This document shows positions 24,047 to 36,360 of a stretch of DNA of 64,000 bases, one piece after another (the stretch's first letter is position 1; each line of letters begins with the position of its first letter). Source of the DNA: Magallana gigas (Eukaryota); assembly GCF_963853765.1 (NCBI RefSeq), contig NC_088861.1, positions 21,548,281 through 21,612,280 of the forward strand, written 5' to 3'. The notes under the pieces are model-generated. The model had not been told where the DNA came from. It made no database searches and worked only from the letters and a program-made list of their open reading frames with translations. Both the position numbers and the translations under genes were made by a program.

Positions 24047-24725
24047 ATGAGTCTCTATGGAACACCATGGCTGCCTTATAGCATTAGACTATAGGTACAT
24101 TATGTCAAATTACCATTACATTATGTCAAAGTCCATTACGTGGTGTGAATATATCTTTACATTTGGTCAAATCGTTATTACGTGATGTCAAAAGCACGTT
24201 AGGTGAAGTAAACATGTCTTTACATTATGTCAACTTTTCATGTTGTGATGTAAAATCATCCTTACGTTATGCCAACATTGTACAACCAAAGGTCAATACA
24301 TCATGACATTATTTCGACACTGTATTACATGGGGCGAATGTATCCTTACATTATGTCAACATTTTATTACATGCTTTCAATATATCCTTACATTATATCA
24401 ACACCGCAGTACGTATCGCGATTCTATCCTTACATTATGTCAACATTTTATTACATGATATCAATGCGTTTTTACATTTTATCAACACCTTAATACATGG
24501 TGTTAACTCATCCTTTCATTATGTCAACACTTTATCACTTTATGTCAAAAGTACATTACTTGATACGAAAATGTCTTGACTTTTTGTCTAAACTTTATTA
24601 CCTGATGTAAATAAGTCTTTACATTAGGCAAATTCTCTATTCCGTGATGTATACGCTCTATTACTTTAAGTCGAAACATCATTCCGTTATACAAACACGA
24701 AATCCTTGGTCTTTGTATATTTGTC
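24047..24725 (+). repeat. Left arm of a large inverted repeat (about 680-bp arms, 1.6-kb spacer) containing an about 41-bp minisatellite
   Basis: Reverse complement of 26338..27003. Internal repeats of tccttacattatgtcaacattttattacatg. ORFs 24269..24493 and 26544..26780 are identical translations of the two arms. Confidence 0.8.
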
Positions 24726-26337
24726 ATGTTTTAAATACAAAATTTACTATATAGAAACGGTACGCCGATTTACCCAAATGGACCCAGAAAAACCCCAACA
24801 AAATGGACCCAGAAAAACCCCAACAGTAGATACTAGTAAGAAGCAGTGATTTAATCATACAAGAATGAAAATATATATAGGCCTATATATAGGTCTTCTG
24901 AAAGCTGTAAAAGACTTAGTTGCTGACAATTTAATTTCTCGAGAGTGAATGAACATTTACTTAAAATCCAAGTTTTCTCGTGCTCATCGGCCCTTGAATA
25001 TTTAAAATGAAATGGATATAAAATCTAAAAATAACCCCTTCATTGGGGTTTTTTTTGGGGGGGGGGGGGTTTAAAATTTTATTTTTGATTTATACTTTTT
25101 TTACTTCAATAATATTCAAATTACGTTCGTTACTACACACTCAGTCATTTAGCAGTCAGGGTTCTTTATCGTTCCAAAGCCTGTATGTCGTGGCACAGAC
25201 ACCCAGTGCATATTTAATTTTCTAAAATTTAGTCTCAAAGTATTTTGTAGTTAAAATAAAGTATTTAGTAGTTAAAAGTAAACGTTGCTATTGCTATCTT
25301 AAATTAAGGATACTGACCCTAACTACACATGTAGGTATGGCCGTTCTGCTACAAAATTATTATGCTATGAAAATGATTTTTTTCTTATTGCTGCAGAGGG
25401 GGTGGGAATGGTGTTTGTGGAGGGGGTACGCTACGTTCCTCTGAATAAATTTTCTCCTTTTCATCCAAGAAGGCACTTGATAACTTATATGAAATAAAGT
25501 CTACAAATAAATTACAAGAGATCTTTAACCCCTTTAAAGACCTTCTCCATCTTGATATAGATGTTTTTATGAAATGTTTGTTTTAGGTAATTGTTCAGAC
25601 AGAGGGTATAAATCAGAAATATGTCATAATAAAAACGCACACAAATAAGAGGGGAACTGTATTCGCCGATTTCAGAATTATTATAAAGAAAGGCAAACAC
25701 TTTTGGTAGAATCGGTACCGTCTTCAGGGTTTGCCCCATACATGTAACTTACTAAATTTTAATTAAATGAAATAATTCGACAGCATGAGTGTTGGTTTTT
25801 GTAAACAGTTAAATGTATAATCATGTTACATATATTTTCGTTGTAAGTATAGAATAGGCGTGAAAATAGGTTGAGAAGGAAATTTACGCTCATTCCGTTC
25901 TGTTCCGTTGAATACCAATATCCACAGGGGTAATAATATATTGCGGAACGTAACGGAACCAGAATCTTACAAATAAGTCAAGTACTGCTGACATTGTAAT
26001 TTTAAAGATGGTATGCTTTGGAATGCGTTTGGTTTGTTTTAAATCTCTAACTAATAGAGAATATTTTTTGCTAGCTTAAACTAGTTAGTAAGTTCTGCCG
26101 TGAAAATACTGTAATATGTTAATATTAGAGTAGTAAGTAATATAATTATGTATATTTTTCTTTAAACAACGAATTTAAACAATAAAATTAAAGATCAATC
26201 TTATTTTGAAATGAAATGAATAAAAACAAAATAAATCATTATTTTTAAATTTCTATTTTCCCATTGGATGACCCTTTACTGGTTCCGTTCTGTTCCACAA
26301 AGTTTCAATAACCCCTGGATACATTTGGGTAAGCTTA

Positions 26338-27003
26338 CCGTTTCCTTGTATATAGAAAGGCCGATGTATCCGTGTTCGCGTAACGAAATGATGTTTCACC
26401 TTAAAGTAATGGAGCATGTACATCATGAAATAGAGAACTGACCTACAGCAAAGACTTATTTACATCACGTTATTAAGTTTAGACATAACGTCATAAACTT
26501 ATGATATCAAGTTATAAAGGTTTGACATAATAAAACGATATATTTACACCATGTAATAAAGTGTTGATAAAATGTAAAAATGCATTGATGTCATGTAATA
26601 AAATGTTGACATAATGTAAGGATAGAATCGCGATACGTACTGCGGTGTTGATATAATGTAAGGATATATTGAAAGCATGTAATAAAATGTTGACATAATG
26701 TAAGGATACATTCGCCCCATGTAATACAGTGTCGAAATAATGTCATGATGTATTGACCTTTGGTTGTACAATGTTGGCATAATGTAAGGATGATTTTACA
26801 TCACAACATGAAAAGTTGACATAATGTAAAGACATGTTTACTTCACCTAACGTGCTTTTGACATCACGTAATAACGATTTGACCTAGCGTAAAGATATAT
26901 TCACACCACGTAATGGACTTTGACATAATGTAATGGTAATTTGACATAATGTACCTATAGTCTAATGCTATAAGGCAGCCATGGCGTTCCATAAGTCTCT
27001 TTA
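26338..27003 (-). repeat. Right arm of the large inverted repeat
   Basis: For example, 26941-27000 is the reverse complement of 24050-24110. Confidence 0.8.
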
Positions 27004-28060
27004 CATCAGCGTACAGTGGAATAATTTTTATTTGTGGGGGTCAATGTTGAAGGGTAGCCAAAATTTTCTTGGTTCATGGGGGTCAAATTTCGTTGGTAGC
27101 TTCTCTTTTGGAGGAAATTCCAGCATAAAAAAAATGATTATAAAGCAAGTATTTCAACCAAGTCGCTGCCTAAGTTGGTCCCTGATCATAGTACGTTAAT
27201 ATCAAACACTTGAAACACTGAAAAACTTCAATATTAGTAACTTAGATCTATTTCTTATTGACTTGAAATCAAAAACACAAAAACAACATAACAGCAGTGT
27301 TTGAAAAAACCAACTGCCGGACAGCCTGAGGCACATTACTTTTGGCAGGGGCTAAAAAATTTGTTTGTACGAATGCCTGACTGGACGTGTATATTTTTTT
27401 AGGGCCAAGTGTATATAAAATCGGGATCAGGGTTTCAAAAATTTTAACTGATTCTTGTCATACTATTGCTTTCCTTGTATGGTCATTTAACACCAGTCAA
27501 GACAAGTGTTAAATTTATGTAGACTATGCTTGACACGTGAGCATGGCAAGGTAGAGTTCCCATGCTATGAAATAATATAGGTAAACTTGGCGAGATTCTT
27601 TGAGACTGAAAAATTTTGACACGCGTCTTCTCTGAATCCCAACTTCTGTCGGTTGTTATGATAGAAATACGCTGAATTAAATCAACTGCCTGCTTCAACT
27701 TTTTATTTTGAACATCGTTTGATTTCCCTATCATCGTAGAATGTTAGTTTCAACTTTTTACTTTGAACATCGTTTGATTTCCCTATCGGCATTGAATGTT
27801 AGTTTCCTAACGTTTAATGGTTTTAATCCCACAATATATGAACTTGTTGTTTTTTTTAAATTCATTTCCATATGCATTCACACCTCATGCCTAAGAGTTC
27901 CAGTCAAGGTCAAATATACTCTCAGAAGTCCGGAAGAAACTTTAGTCAAATTTTGTTAGTCTCAAAGAATCTCGCTGGGAACAATAAAAAACCTAACGAG
28001 TTTATGACAGAAAGAAATTAAAACAGATATTTTAATGAAAAGAAATAAACAAATGTCAAC

Positions 28061-28067
<7 letters not shown>

Positions 28068-28097
<30 letters not shown>

Positions 28098-28140
28098 AAT
28101 TGGTCTTCGTCCGTCGTCGTGCGTTCGTGCGTCGTGCGTT
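28068..28140 (-). repeat. Inverted-orientation terminal module (perfect palindrome plus (CGTC/CGTG)n) bordering the 168-bp satellite
   Basis: aggtcacctgagtcactcaggtgacct, then gtcttcgtccgtcgtcgtgcgttcgtgcgtcgtgcg, the reverse complement of a GACG-like repeat. A related motif actcaggtgaccgttaaggccaattggcc recurs at 30205 on the far side of the array. Confidence 0.55.
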
Positions 28141-28199
28141 AACAATTTTACATTTTTAACTTCTTCTTGAAAACTACCAGGCCAATCGTTACCATTTTT

Positions 28200-30060
28200 G
28201 GTGTGAAGCATCTCTATGGTAAGAAGAATCTAAATTGTGAAATTCATGGCTCTACCACCCCTGGGGTGCCACGGGCGGGGCCAAATATGCAAAAAAAGCC
28301 AAATTTTCAAAAATCTTCTTCTCTACTCCCACGCATGTGAGGAAAAAACTGGTTGCATGGTTATGTTGTCCATGAAGCCCTCTACCAAAATTGTGAAATT
28401 TATGGCCCCTGGGTCAGGGGTTCTGGCTCTAGGGTGGGGCCAATATGGCCATATAGTAAAACTGTATTTAACCTTAGAAAATCTTCTTCTCTACTACCAT
28501 ATATTTTTAAAAAACTTAATGCATGATTATGATGTCCATGAAGCCCTCTACCAAAATTGTGAAATTTATGACCCCTGGGTCAGGGGTTCAGGATCTAGGG
28601 TGGGGCCAATGTGGCCAAATAGTAAAAATGTATTAAATCTTAGAAAATCTTCTTCTCTACTATCATACATATTTGTCAAAAACTAAATGCATGATAATGA
28701 TGTCCATGAAGCCCTCAACCTAAATTGTGAAATTCATGACCCCTTGGTCAGGGGTTCAGGCTCTAGGGTGGGGCCAATATGGCCATATAGTACAAATGTA
28801 TTAAATCTTAGAAAATCTTCTTCTCTACTCCCATATATATTTGTCAAAAACTAAATGCATGATCATGATGTCCATGAGGCCCTCTATCAAAATTGTGAAA
28901 TTAATGACCCCTGGGTCAGGGGTTCAGGCTCTAGGGTGGGGCCAATATGGCCATATAGTAAAAATGTATTAAATCTTAGAAAATCTTCTTCTCTACTACC
29001 ATATATATTTGTTAATAACTAAATGCATGATTATGATGTCCATGAAGCCCTCTACCAAAATTGTGAAATTCATGACCCCTGGGTCAGGGGTTCAGGCTCT
29101 AGGGTGGGGCCAATATAGACAAATAGTAAAAATGTATTAAATCTTAGAAAATCTTCTTCTCTACTACAATATATTTTTGTTAAAAACTAAATGCATGATT
29201 ATGATGTCCATGAAGCCCTCTACCAAAATTGTGAAATTCATGACCTCTGGGTCGGGGGTTCAGGCTCTAGGGTGGGGCAAATATGGACAAATAGTAAAAA
29301 TGTATTATAACTTAGAAAATCTTCTTCTCTACTACCATATATATTTGTCAAAAACTAAATGCATTGCTATGATGTCCATGAGGCCTTCTACCAAAATTGT
29401 GAAATTCATGACCCCTTTGTTAGGTGTTCAGGCTTTAGGGTGGGGCCAATATGGCCATATAGTAAAACTTTTTTAAATCTTAAAAAATCTTCTTCTCTAC
29501 TCCCACACATGTGAGCAAAAATCTGAATACATGGTTATGATGTTCATGAGGGCCTCTACTAAAATTGTGAAATTCATGACCCCTTTATTAGGTGTTCAGG
29601 CTCTAGGGTGGGGCCAATATGGCCATATAGTAAAAATGTTTTAAATCTTAAAAAATCTTCTTCTCTACTCCCACACATGTGGGCAAAAAACTGAATACAT
29701 GGTTATAATATCCACAATCTCCTTTACCTAAATTGTGAAATTCATGGCCCCTGGGTCAGGGGTTCAGGACATGAAGGGGGGGGGGGGGCGCAATATAGTG
29801 TTAATGCATATAATGTTTAAAAATTTTCTTCTCTATTCTCACACATCTGTATAAAAAAACTGACTTATAATTATGTTTACCAGGAAGTCCTCTACTGAAA
29901 TTTTAATTTTCATGTTCCCCTCAAGGATGGGTTTTGACTCTAGGACAGGGCCAAAATGGATGTATAGATGTTAATGCATATAACGCTAAAAAATTATTTT
30001 CTTTACTCCCACACATCTGAAAGGAAAACTGAATTCATGATTTTGTAGACCAGATCTTTT
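28200..30060. repeat. Satellite array with 168-bp unit, about 11 copies, degenerating at the right end
   Basis: gatgtccatgaagccctctaccaaaattgtgaaatt recurs at 28531, 28699, 28868, 29035, 29203, 29371 and 29539. ORF-track ORFs here are translations of the repeat. Confidence 0.85.
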
Positions 30061-30414
30061 AGTTTTTCACCAAAATAATAGGTTTCACAGTTCTTTTTGA
30101 AATGAGGTCGTCATTACAAATTTATTATTTTTTTACTCCAGTATGAAACCTAATTAATCAGATGCATATATGAGACTCCATGACAAGTTTTAGTATGGGA
30201 TATATGCTACTCAGGTGACCGTTAAGGCCAATTGGCCTCTTGTTTCTTTGGGCTGGTTGATTTTAACAGGGCTGACAAATTATACTAGCTGTCAGCCCTG
30301 AGAGTCTAGCTAGTTTTTTGAAGAGTTTAAAACACTGATAACAGTTGTAGAAATATTTGATGTTGACTTAGACTTGTGAAATTCACTTATTGGTTTCTGT
30401 TCTTTAATTTTTAG

Positions 30415-30466
30415 AGCTGCAAAAGAGAAACAGAAAGCTAAAGATGCTCTAAAGAAACAACAAAAG
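30415..30466 (+). CDS. RPL24: 60S ribosomal protein L24, exon 4
   Basis: Acceptor tttag at 30413-30414. Encodes (R)AAKEKQKAKDALKKQQK, the lysine/alanine-rich tail, and ends at the GTATGA donor. Confidence 0.8.
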
Positions 30467-30496
30467 GTATGAATAATATCATAAATATCACTGAAT

Positions 30497-30560
30497 TATC
30501 CCCTCGGGCAACTTGTTGCGAGGGGGATATAGCATCGCTGCTGCGCGCGCGCGTGTGTGT
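30497..30560 (-). repeat. Inverted-orientation hairpin plus microsatellite module, 30 bp downstream of RPL24 exon 4
   Basis: ttatccccctcg-ggcaacttgttg-cgagggggataa, then (gc)n(gt)n. The stem and loop resemble those at 60195 and 62650. Confidence 0.5.
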
Positions 30561-31900
30561 ATGTCCATTGTCAGCTCTTAAGCAAAATTCCAAGAAAACC
30601 CTCCATTGAATATTCATCAGACTTTGTTCACTTCTTTGGCATGGTAAAAGGACAAACTCTTTTGATTTCCAAGTCAATTGAATCAATATTTTTTGAATTA
30701 TCGTAAAAAGGTAAAGTTAAAACATGAATTTTTTATCGGACTTGACAATAGACATTTCCGGTAATTTTATGTACGACTTTCAGTAAATCGCTACCGTGTG
30801 CAGTTCAAATCAACAACTTTATATTTTTGGGATTTTAATCTAGTAAAGGTAAAAAAAAAAAAGCAAACATTTTGTAGTATTGGAGGGTTAGAAGATTGCC
30901 CATAGGTAAAAGTTGAAGCGGGCAAGAAATTAAAGTCATCCGATTGACATCGAAACAAGCAGTCAACTTTTGGACAAATTTTCCCGTATTACTTACAATA
31001 GAACTAGTGCAAAATTTGGAGGATACTTTGGCAGATATCGCACATTTATCACGCAAAGATTGTTTCATATCAATAATAACTGCATATCTACTACTATGGG
31101 TTGACATACCACAAGCAACTAGAATTGTCCATCAGAGCTAGGGCTGGGACGATACTGAACTTAGCCGATTTGGTACATATCATGATGCATGAGATGCGAT
31201 ACGATACATATCACGATACATTGCAACTAAATGGAAACATGAATAAGGGTTAAAAATTTATTCAATCTTTCAATGTATTACCGCATATCCAAAGTTATTT
31301 TGATATATGAGCGTTGCACAATTTTAAAATTACTTTAGTCTCATATACACTACTTTTTCATAAACAAGTAATCCAAAAGTTGTCCACACTCCAGATTTAG
31401 CTTCCTAACAGTTTTGACAACTTTACGAGGTTTTCTGCCATCTTTGTACTTTCATATTAGGCGGACTAAAAATAGCTGATATATGAAGCTTGGATATTTT
31501 TGGAAAATAAAAAAAAGTTCGCTTAGATTACTTTCGGTTTATCCCTCCGCGTGTTTCAAATAGTACAAGTCAAAATGAGAGCACACGACAGTTTTATCGA
31601 TAAAAATAGGATAAATTGTAATTAACTAAGCAAAACAATTACTTAATGAATAATCTCAATCAATCATTTTGCATTTCCCTACAGCAGAAAACGTTTGTTT
31701 ACGTTTTAAAGCGGCGTAGTAATACAGTGTAAGACAGTAAAATCTCACACTGCTGTCTCACACTGGACAAACCAACTTAAGCTGATTTTATCATACCTAT
31801 TGTTGTTCAGGTGAGCGATGGGCCTCTTCTTTAAGCTGAGTTTTAGAGCAGGTGCCATCTGATGATTATATCTTAGTTATTACTGGTCCTAACTTCACCC

Positions 31901-32373
31901 ATCTTCCAAAGTAAAGGGTTTCTGATCCGCTCTGCTGTACATAAACCCTTGACCGAATAGGCAGAGTTTGACTTGATTAGAAACCTCCCACGTTGGTTGG
32001 TGTCATACAAGTTTGCATGATCCAAGAAGAAACGATGTTTCAATAATGATGTTAATTGTGAATTGATCAATGTTGAACCGTTGTCAAATAAATTAGAGAC
32101 AAATAGTAAGTATTTGACATACTGATATCGGTTTTTAGTCTGAGTGAATCCATATTTTCTACGAATTTGATTTTGTTCATGGGAGCAGCCATATTGCTAT
32201 ACTGTTTCTGTTTATAAAGCATTCTCTGATTGGTCAGAACAAGAGGTCACAAAAGTTTAAAAATTAGTACTCTCACTAGATGGCGTAATCGTTAACCTGC
32301 ATATGTGTTGTCTTTTTCGGTCAAGGGTTTATGTAGAGCGAAGCGGATCAGAAACCCTTGACTTGGAAAGATG
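31901..32373. mobile_element. MITE (473 bp) with about 50-bp TIRs and a perfect 9-bp target duplication AACTTCACC, in RPL24 intron 4
   Basis: Left end catcttccaaagtaaagggtttctgatccgc, right end gcggatcagaaacccttgacttggaaagatg. AACTTCACC lies at 31892-31900 and 32374-32382. Confidence 0.8.
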
Positions 32374-33067
32374 AACTTCACCAAACTTGCATAGATGATG
32401 TGTATTATGGCTGTGGTGCTGTTACATAGCACTGCACACCAACTCTGCCAAACTTCCCCCCATGCATCAACAATTTTCTGGGGAAAACACTGAAATGGCA
32501 ACAGCGACATTTTAAGTCAAGTAAAAAAGAAGGGCTAAAAACTCTAACGTCGTGACATTTTTGCACCAGTTCATAATGCGTAGGAATAAAAGGTATTCTT
32601 ATATTTGAGAGCATGTTGATTTAAAGCATTTTTGTGTCTTCTATCGTTAAATGAATTTACTGTTAATGTACTTCAGTCGTTGGATAAAAGAAAGAAACAA
32701 ATTGTCTAATATTAGAGTTTGACATTGACATCATAAGAATTATTTCATGCAGTCCTTGATTTTCCTTAAAACAATGGTGGTTTCAACCAATTGATAAAAG
32801 ATGCATCTAGATTTCAATTTTGTCTGTTTTGGCCACTAAGGTTCGACCAATCAATAAACGAGGCATGTTGATATCGGTCCTGTTAGTTTCTATAGAGCTA
32901 TAAATTAACTAGTTACTTTCTATAGAGCTCTATATAAACTAAAGTTTCCGTAAGAAATGGAGGGAATCATACTCAATACATTTAAATATCGTCGTATCAA
33001 ACCTGTAACTGTTAAGGCCCTTCATGCCTTTGATTATTTCATTATATTTAAGTTACTTTAATCTTAA

Positions 33068-33200
33068 GGAGCATATACCTATAGCTCAGTGGAGCACATT
33101 GTTTAATGGTCATAGGCGTGAAGCTACTCAGGTCAGTAACCGAAAGAGCGCTAGTTTAAACCCTGCTGTGGTCACACTGAGACAGGGCAAATTAGCCTTG
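33068..33200 (+). other. Possible tRNA-derived SINE fragment in RPL24 intron 4
   Basis: tagctcagtggagcac is A-box-like. agtttaaaccc is a weak B-box-like match about 70 nt downstream. Confidence 0.25.
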
Positions 33201-33467
33201 TGGGAGTTAAGTCTCATTTGGATGGTTCTAGCTGAACCAGAGAATTGTTTTTAGAAAGAATAGCACAGTCCATACAAATCTATTACCTCAATTTTATTTG
33301 GTGGCTGCTACCATGTAGATTATATGGTGGCTGCCAGATAAATCATGTAGCTGCAGTTGCATTTGCCAGATAAGGTATAATTTTTATGTGGTCAGCGAGC
33401 TTCCGTAGAAAAATAGATTTCTTCCTTTTGTACTATATTTCTTGAAAAATTATTTTTATTGTTCTAG

Positions 33468-33557
33468 ACTCAGGCCAGCAGAACTTCTCAACCCAAGGTT
33501 AAACCAACAATGAAAGGCGGAGCAGCAACCAAGCCTAGAGTGGGAGGAAAACGTTGA
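33468..33557 (+). CDS. RPL24: 60S ribosomal protein L24, exon 5 with stop codon
   Basis: Acceptor ttctag at 33466-33467. Encodes TQASRTSQPKVKPTMKGGAATKPRVGGKR* and ends PRVGGKR like human RPL24. Total predicted protein is about 156 aa. Confidence 0.8.
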   Translation, partial: TQASRTSQPKVKPTMKGGAATKPRVGGKR

Positions 33558-33573
33558 TTCTGGAAAAGGAAAA

Positions 33574-33579
33574 AATAAA
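33574..33579 (+). terminator. RPL24: Candidate polyadenylation signal AATAAA for the RPL24 transcript
   Basis: AATAAA lies about 17 nt downstream of the TGA stop. Confidence 0.4.
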
Positions 33580-36097
33580 AAATACACTACTGGATATTTT
33601 TGTTTGTTTGTTATAGATTGATATTATTATGAAGATTATTCAGGTTTGGACTAATCGGCCAAATGGGTTATGGTTGCCTGTATTTGAAATGAAAGTGGGC
33701 TATATAGGGAAATAAAGTAAGCCAATAGATGTAGAATTGGCAGGAATCTGGGCAGACAAGAAGAGTTATAAAATTTTCCAAAGGGCTTTGGTAGGTCTTA
33801 GTTCTGTCCATATGAGACATCCGGCACATTCATCCTTCACCCACAATATTGCCTTTTCGATATTTGTCATCGTTGTAGACCCGTGTAACAATCTATTAAG
33901 TAGGTGCTTGCACGACATACAACCCCTTGGTGATCAACGTTTTCATTAACCCATATAAAGAAATGTTTTTTATTTTTTCTTGGAATTTTTTTCTTGAATT
34001 ATTTTGATGTAAAAAAAAAATATTTCTCAGTCTCTCTTTATGCTTGTTTGTTAGCGGTTAATCTAAGTTCATTTTGCATATCCTTTTGTAATTTAAAAAA
34101 TTCGATGTAAATTTTTTATCAATGCAATGTTTCGGATATAGCAATGAAGAGTAATATCTTGAAACATGAAAACTTGAATCATATTATACAAAATTTTATT
34201 AGACCTTTAAATTGTAAAATGCTAACATTGAAAATTGTGCCCGATTTCTTAGTAAAACTTTTTTGATTAAAAAAAAACAACCGATTCCTTGAGACAAAAT
34301 AAATTGACTTAATCAATAAGAGTTTGACAATCTCTAACTGCAGGTCTGTAGCTCTTAGTCTGAAAAAGAATTGGATGACCTAAGACCCAGATCGTCCATC
34401 AAAATTTCTTGAATATTGCCATTTCTTTCGTACGCGGACGCATGCCGGCCAAATACTCACCGAAACTAAATGGTTTGTATTTCAAGTTTTAACTGCATTT
34501 AAAGGTAATATTGGAATTCGGATAATTTTGAAAATGATTAATTAAATAAAAAATGGGTAAAATACCGGCATCGGTCTTCCCCATGTGCGGATCTACATGG
34601 AGAAGAGAAGGGTTCCAGACCCCACCCCAACCCTGCAAAATTTCTTTCAATTACATTTACATTATAAAATTACTAAAATATGCCTCATACATCCCGTAGC
34701 AAACTCAAATAACCGTCAGACACTCAACCCCCATCCCGGAAAATTTTTCTGATCCGCGCATGCTCCCCCTCCAAAATTATTCTTCAAATACCCCCCGTAA
34801 AATTTCCAGGATCTCCGCATATATTGGCGCTTGCGTTCGATAAAAAATGCGAGTAAAATGTTTGGTCTTTTTACCTTCATACCGGGCATACCCACTGCGT
34901 GAATCGTCGTCCATATTCTGTCTATATTGAGTCAATTATGATGATTAAATAAGTTTCTCAAAATAAAATGCACGTACAAAAACAACATGCGGCGAATCAA
35001 ACTTTAGACATCTTTAAAAGATCTTTATTTGCTTAATATATACATGTAGTATAGTATTTTATTTCTTTTACTCAGTGTTTATATCGATACATCTAATATT
35101 GTACCATGTAAGTATCAATTTTTGTATTACGTCACAAGTAAGATGCAGCTACGACGGAAGACCTAATCGTTGCTTGCAACGAGGTCGTCTCTAGTTTCAC
35201 TGTACTCGGCTTAGTTTGAATAATCTGGGTCTAGGGACAGGTTTCACCACAGTTAAAATGCCTTTCATAGCCTATACCTCGAAACTTGACTCTCAGATAC
35301 TGTTAGTAAATAGAAAATTGTAAACAATAAACACAGGAAAAATGCACTAAAACAAAGAAAGAGCATAATTTATTTTTCACAATAAATATACCTTAATATT
35401 TCTAGCAGCGATAATAATCTCTGTTTATAGACTGAAAATGTTGAGCATCTTAACAAAACACGTTGCATTAATCAACCATAATGATTAGGCTCAAAATTAT
35501 TCCTGTTTCCTGTCGCCCGACCGACCCTATCTTTTACCATCCGATCCTAAAAGTTTTTTTGTGATCATGATGTTGATCGGTAACTTCGCCAGAATTTCCT
35601 CAGAAAAAGAAGTAAAGGTGCTCAGTCTTCTGAGTTCACAATCGTGTAAATTAACCTCATGTAGCGTTTTAACTTTCTATTTTCTCAACGTTTTTCCGAG
35701 CATGTCATTTCATTTTCAAATCATTATTTCTTTCGCTTTTCAAAGAATAAGCCTGCATTGAGCTCACAATTTTAATAAAGGTAGTAATCCAAGGAATACA
35801 TTTATAAACACAGCAATTACTTACATCCAATTCATTCAAAACTTGTGCAATTCGACTTTGAATTGCTATCCTACTACTCTGCAAGATAATACCAATCGCA
35901 CTGAACTTTTAAGTCAATTTCCCTTTATACAATCAAGTGCATAATTTACTCCTAATAATAAAATCAACTCCTCTCTTTAAAGGTGCATGATCATGATTTT
36001 GGTCAAATTTTATTTTCCTGTTTTTATTATTCTCAATGCTTTCAGAATGCATTTCTAATATTTAAATGAAATTTGGGTGCCAGTCGTTGAGTTTTAA

Positions 36098-36360
36098 GCA
36101 AGATACAGGGCTCACAATTCTTCGTCTTGTAAACAAGGCTCGTGCCCTGTTTTTGTTTACATAGGCTCAATAAACCAGTAAAAATCTTTTTAAAGCTGGT
36201 TCGTCTATCTTATTATTCATTTAAAGCATAAATAAACGGTTCCTAACGATTAACATTTTTATTTTAGGTTTTAAACTGGAATTTTCACTTCAACATTCGA
36301 AATGTAAACAAACGCTTTGTTTACATAGCGAAGAATTGTAAGCTCTTTAACTCGCTTAAT
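36098..36360. mobile_element. MITE family G (TIR TTAAGCAAGATACAGGGCTCACAATT), copy 1
   Basis: Inverted terminal match with ...aattgtaagctctttaactcgcttaa. A second copy is at 50338-50528. Confidence 0.5.

Noticed and set aside
24269-26780. Paired ORFs 24269..24493 (+) and 26544..26780 (-) encoding the same Tyr/Met-rich peptide
   Set aside because: They are translations of the two arms of an inverted repeat composed of a 41-bp minisatellite, not a duplicated gene.
28237-29476. ORF-track ORFs of 149 and 99 aa (28237..28686, 29177..29476), and similar ones at 11824..12736 and 59479..60271
   Set aside because: They lie entirely within tandem satellite units and simply re-translate the repeat. 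There are no protein motifs, and the same peptide is reiterated with the repeat period.
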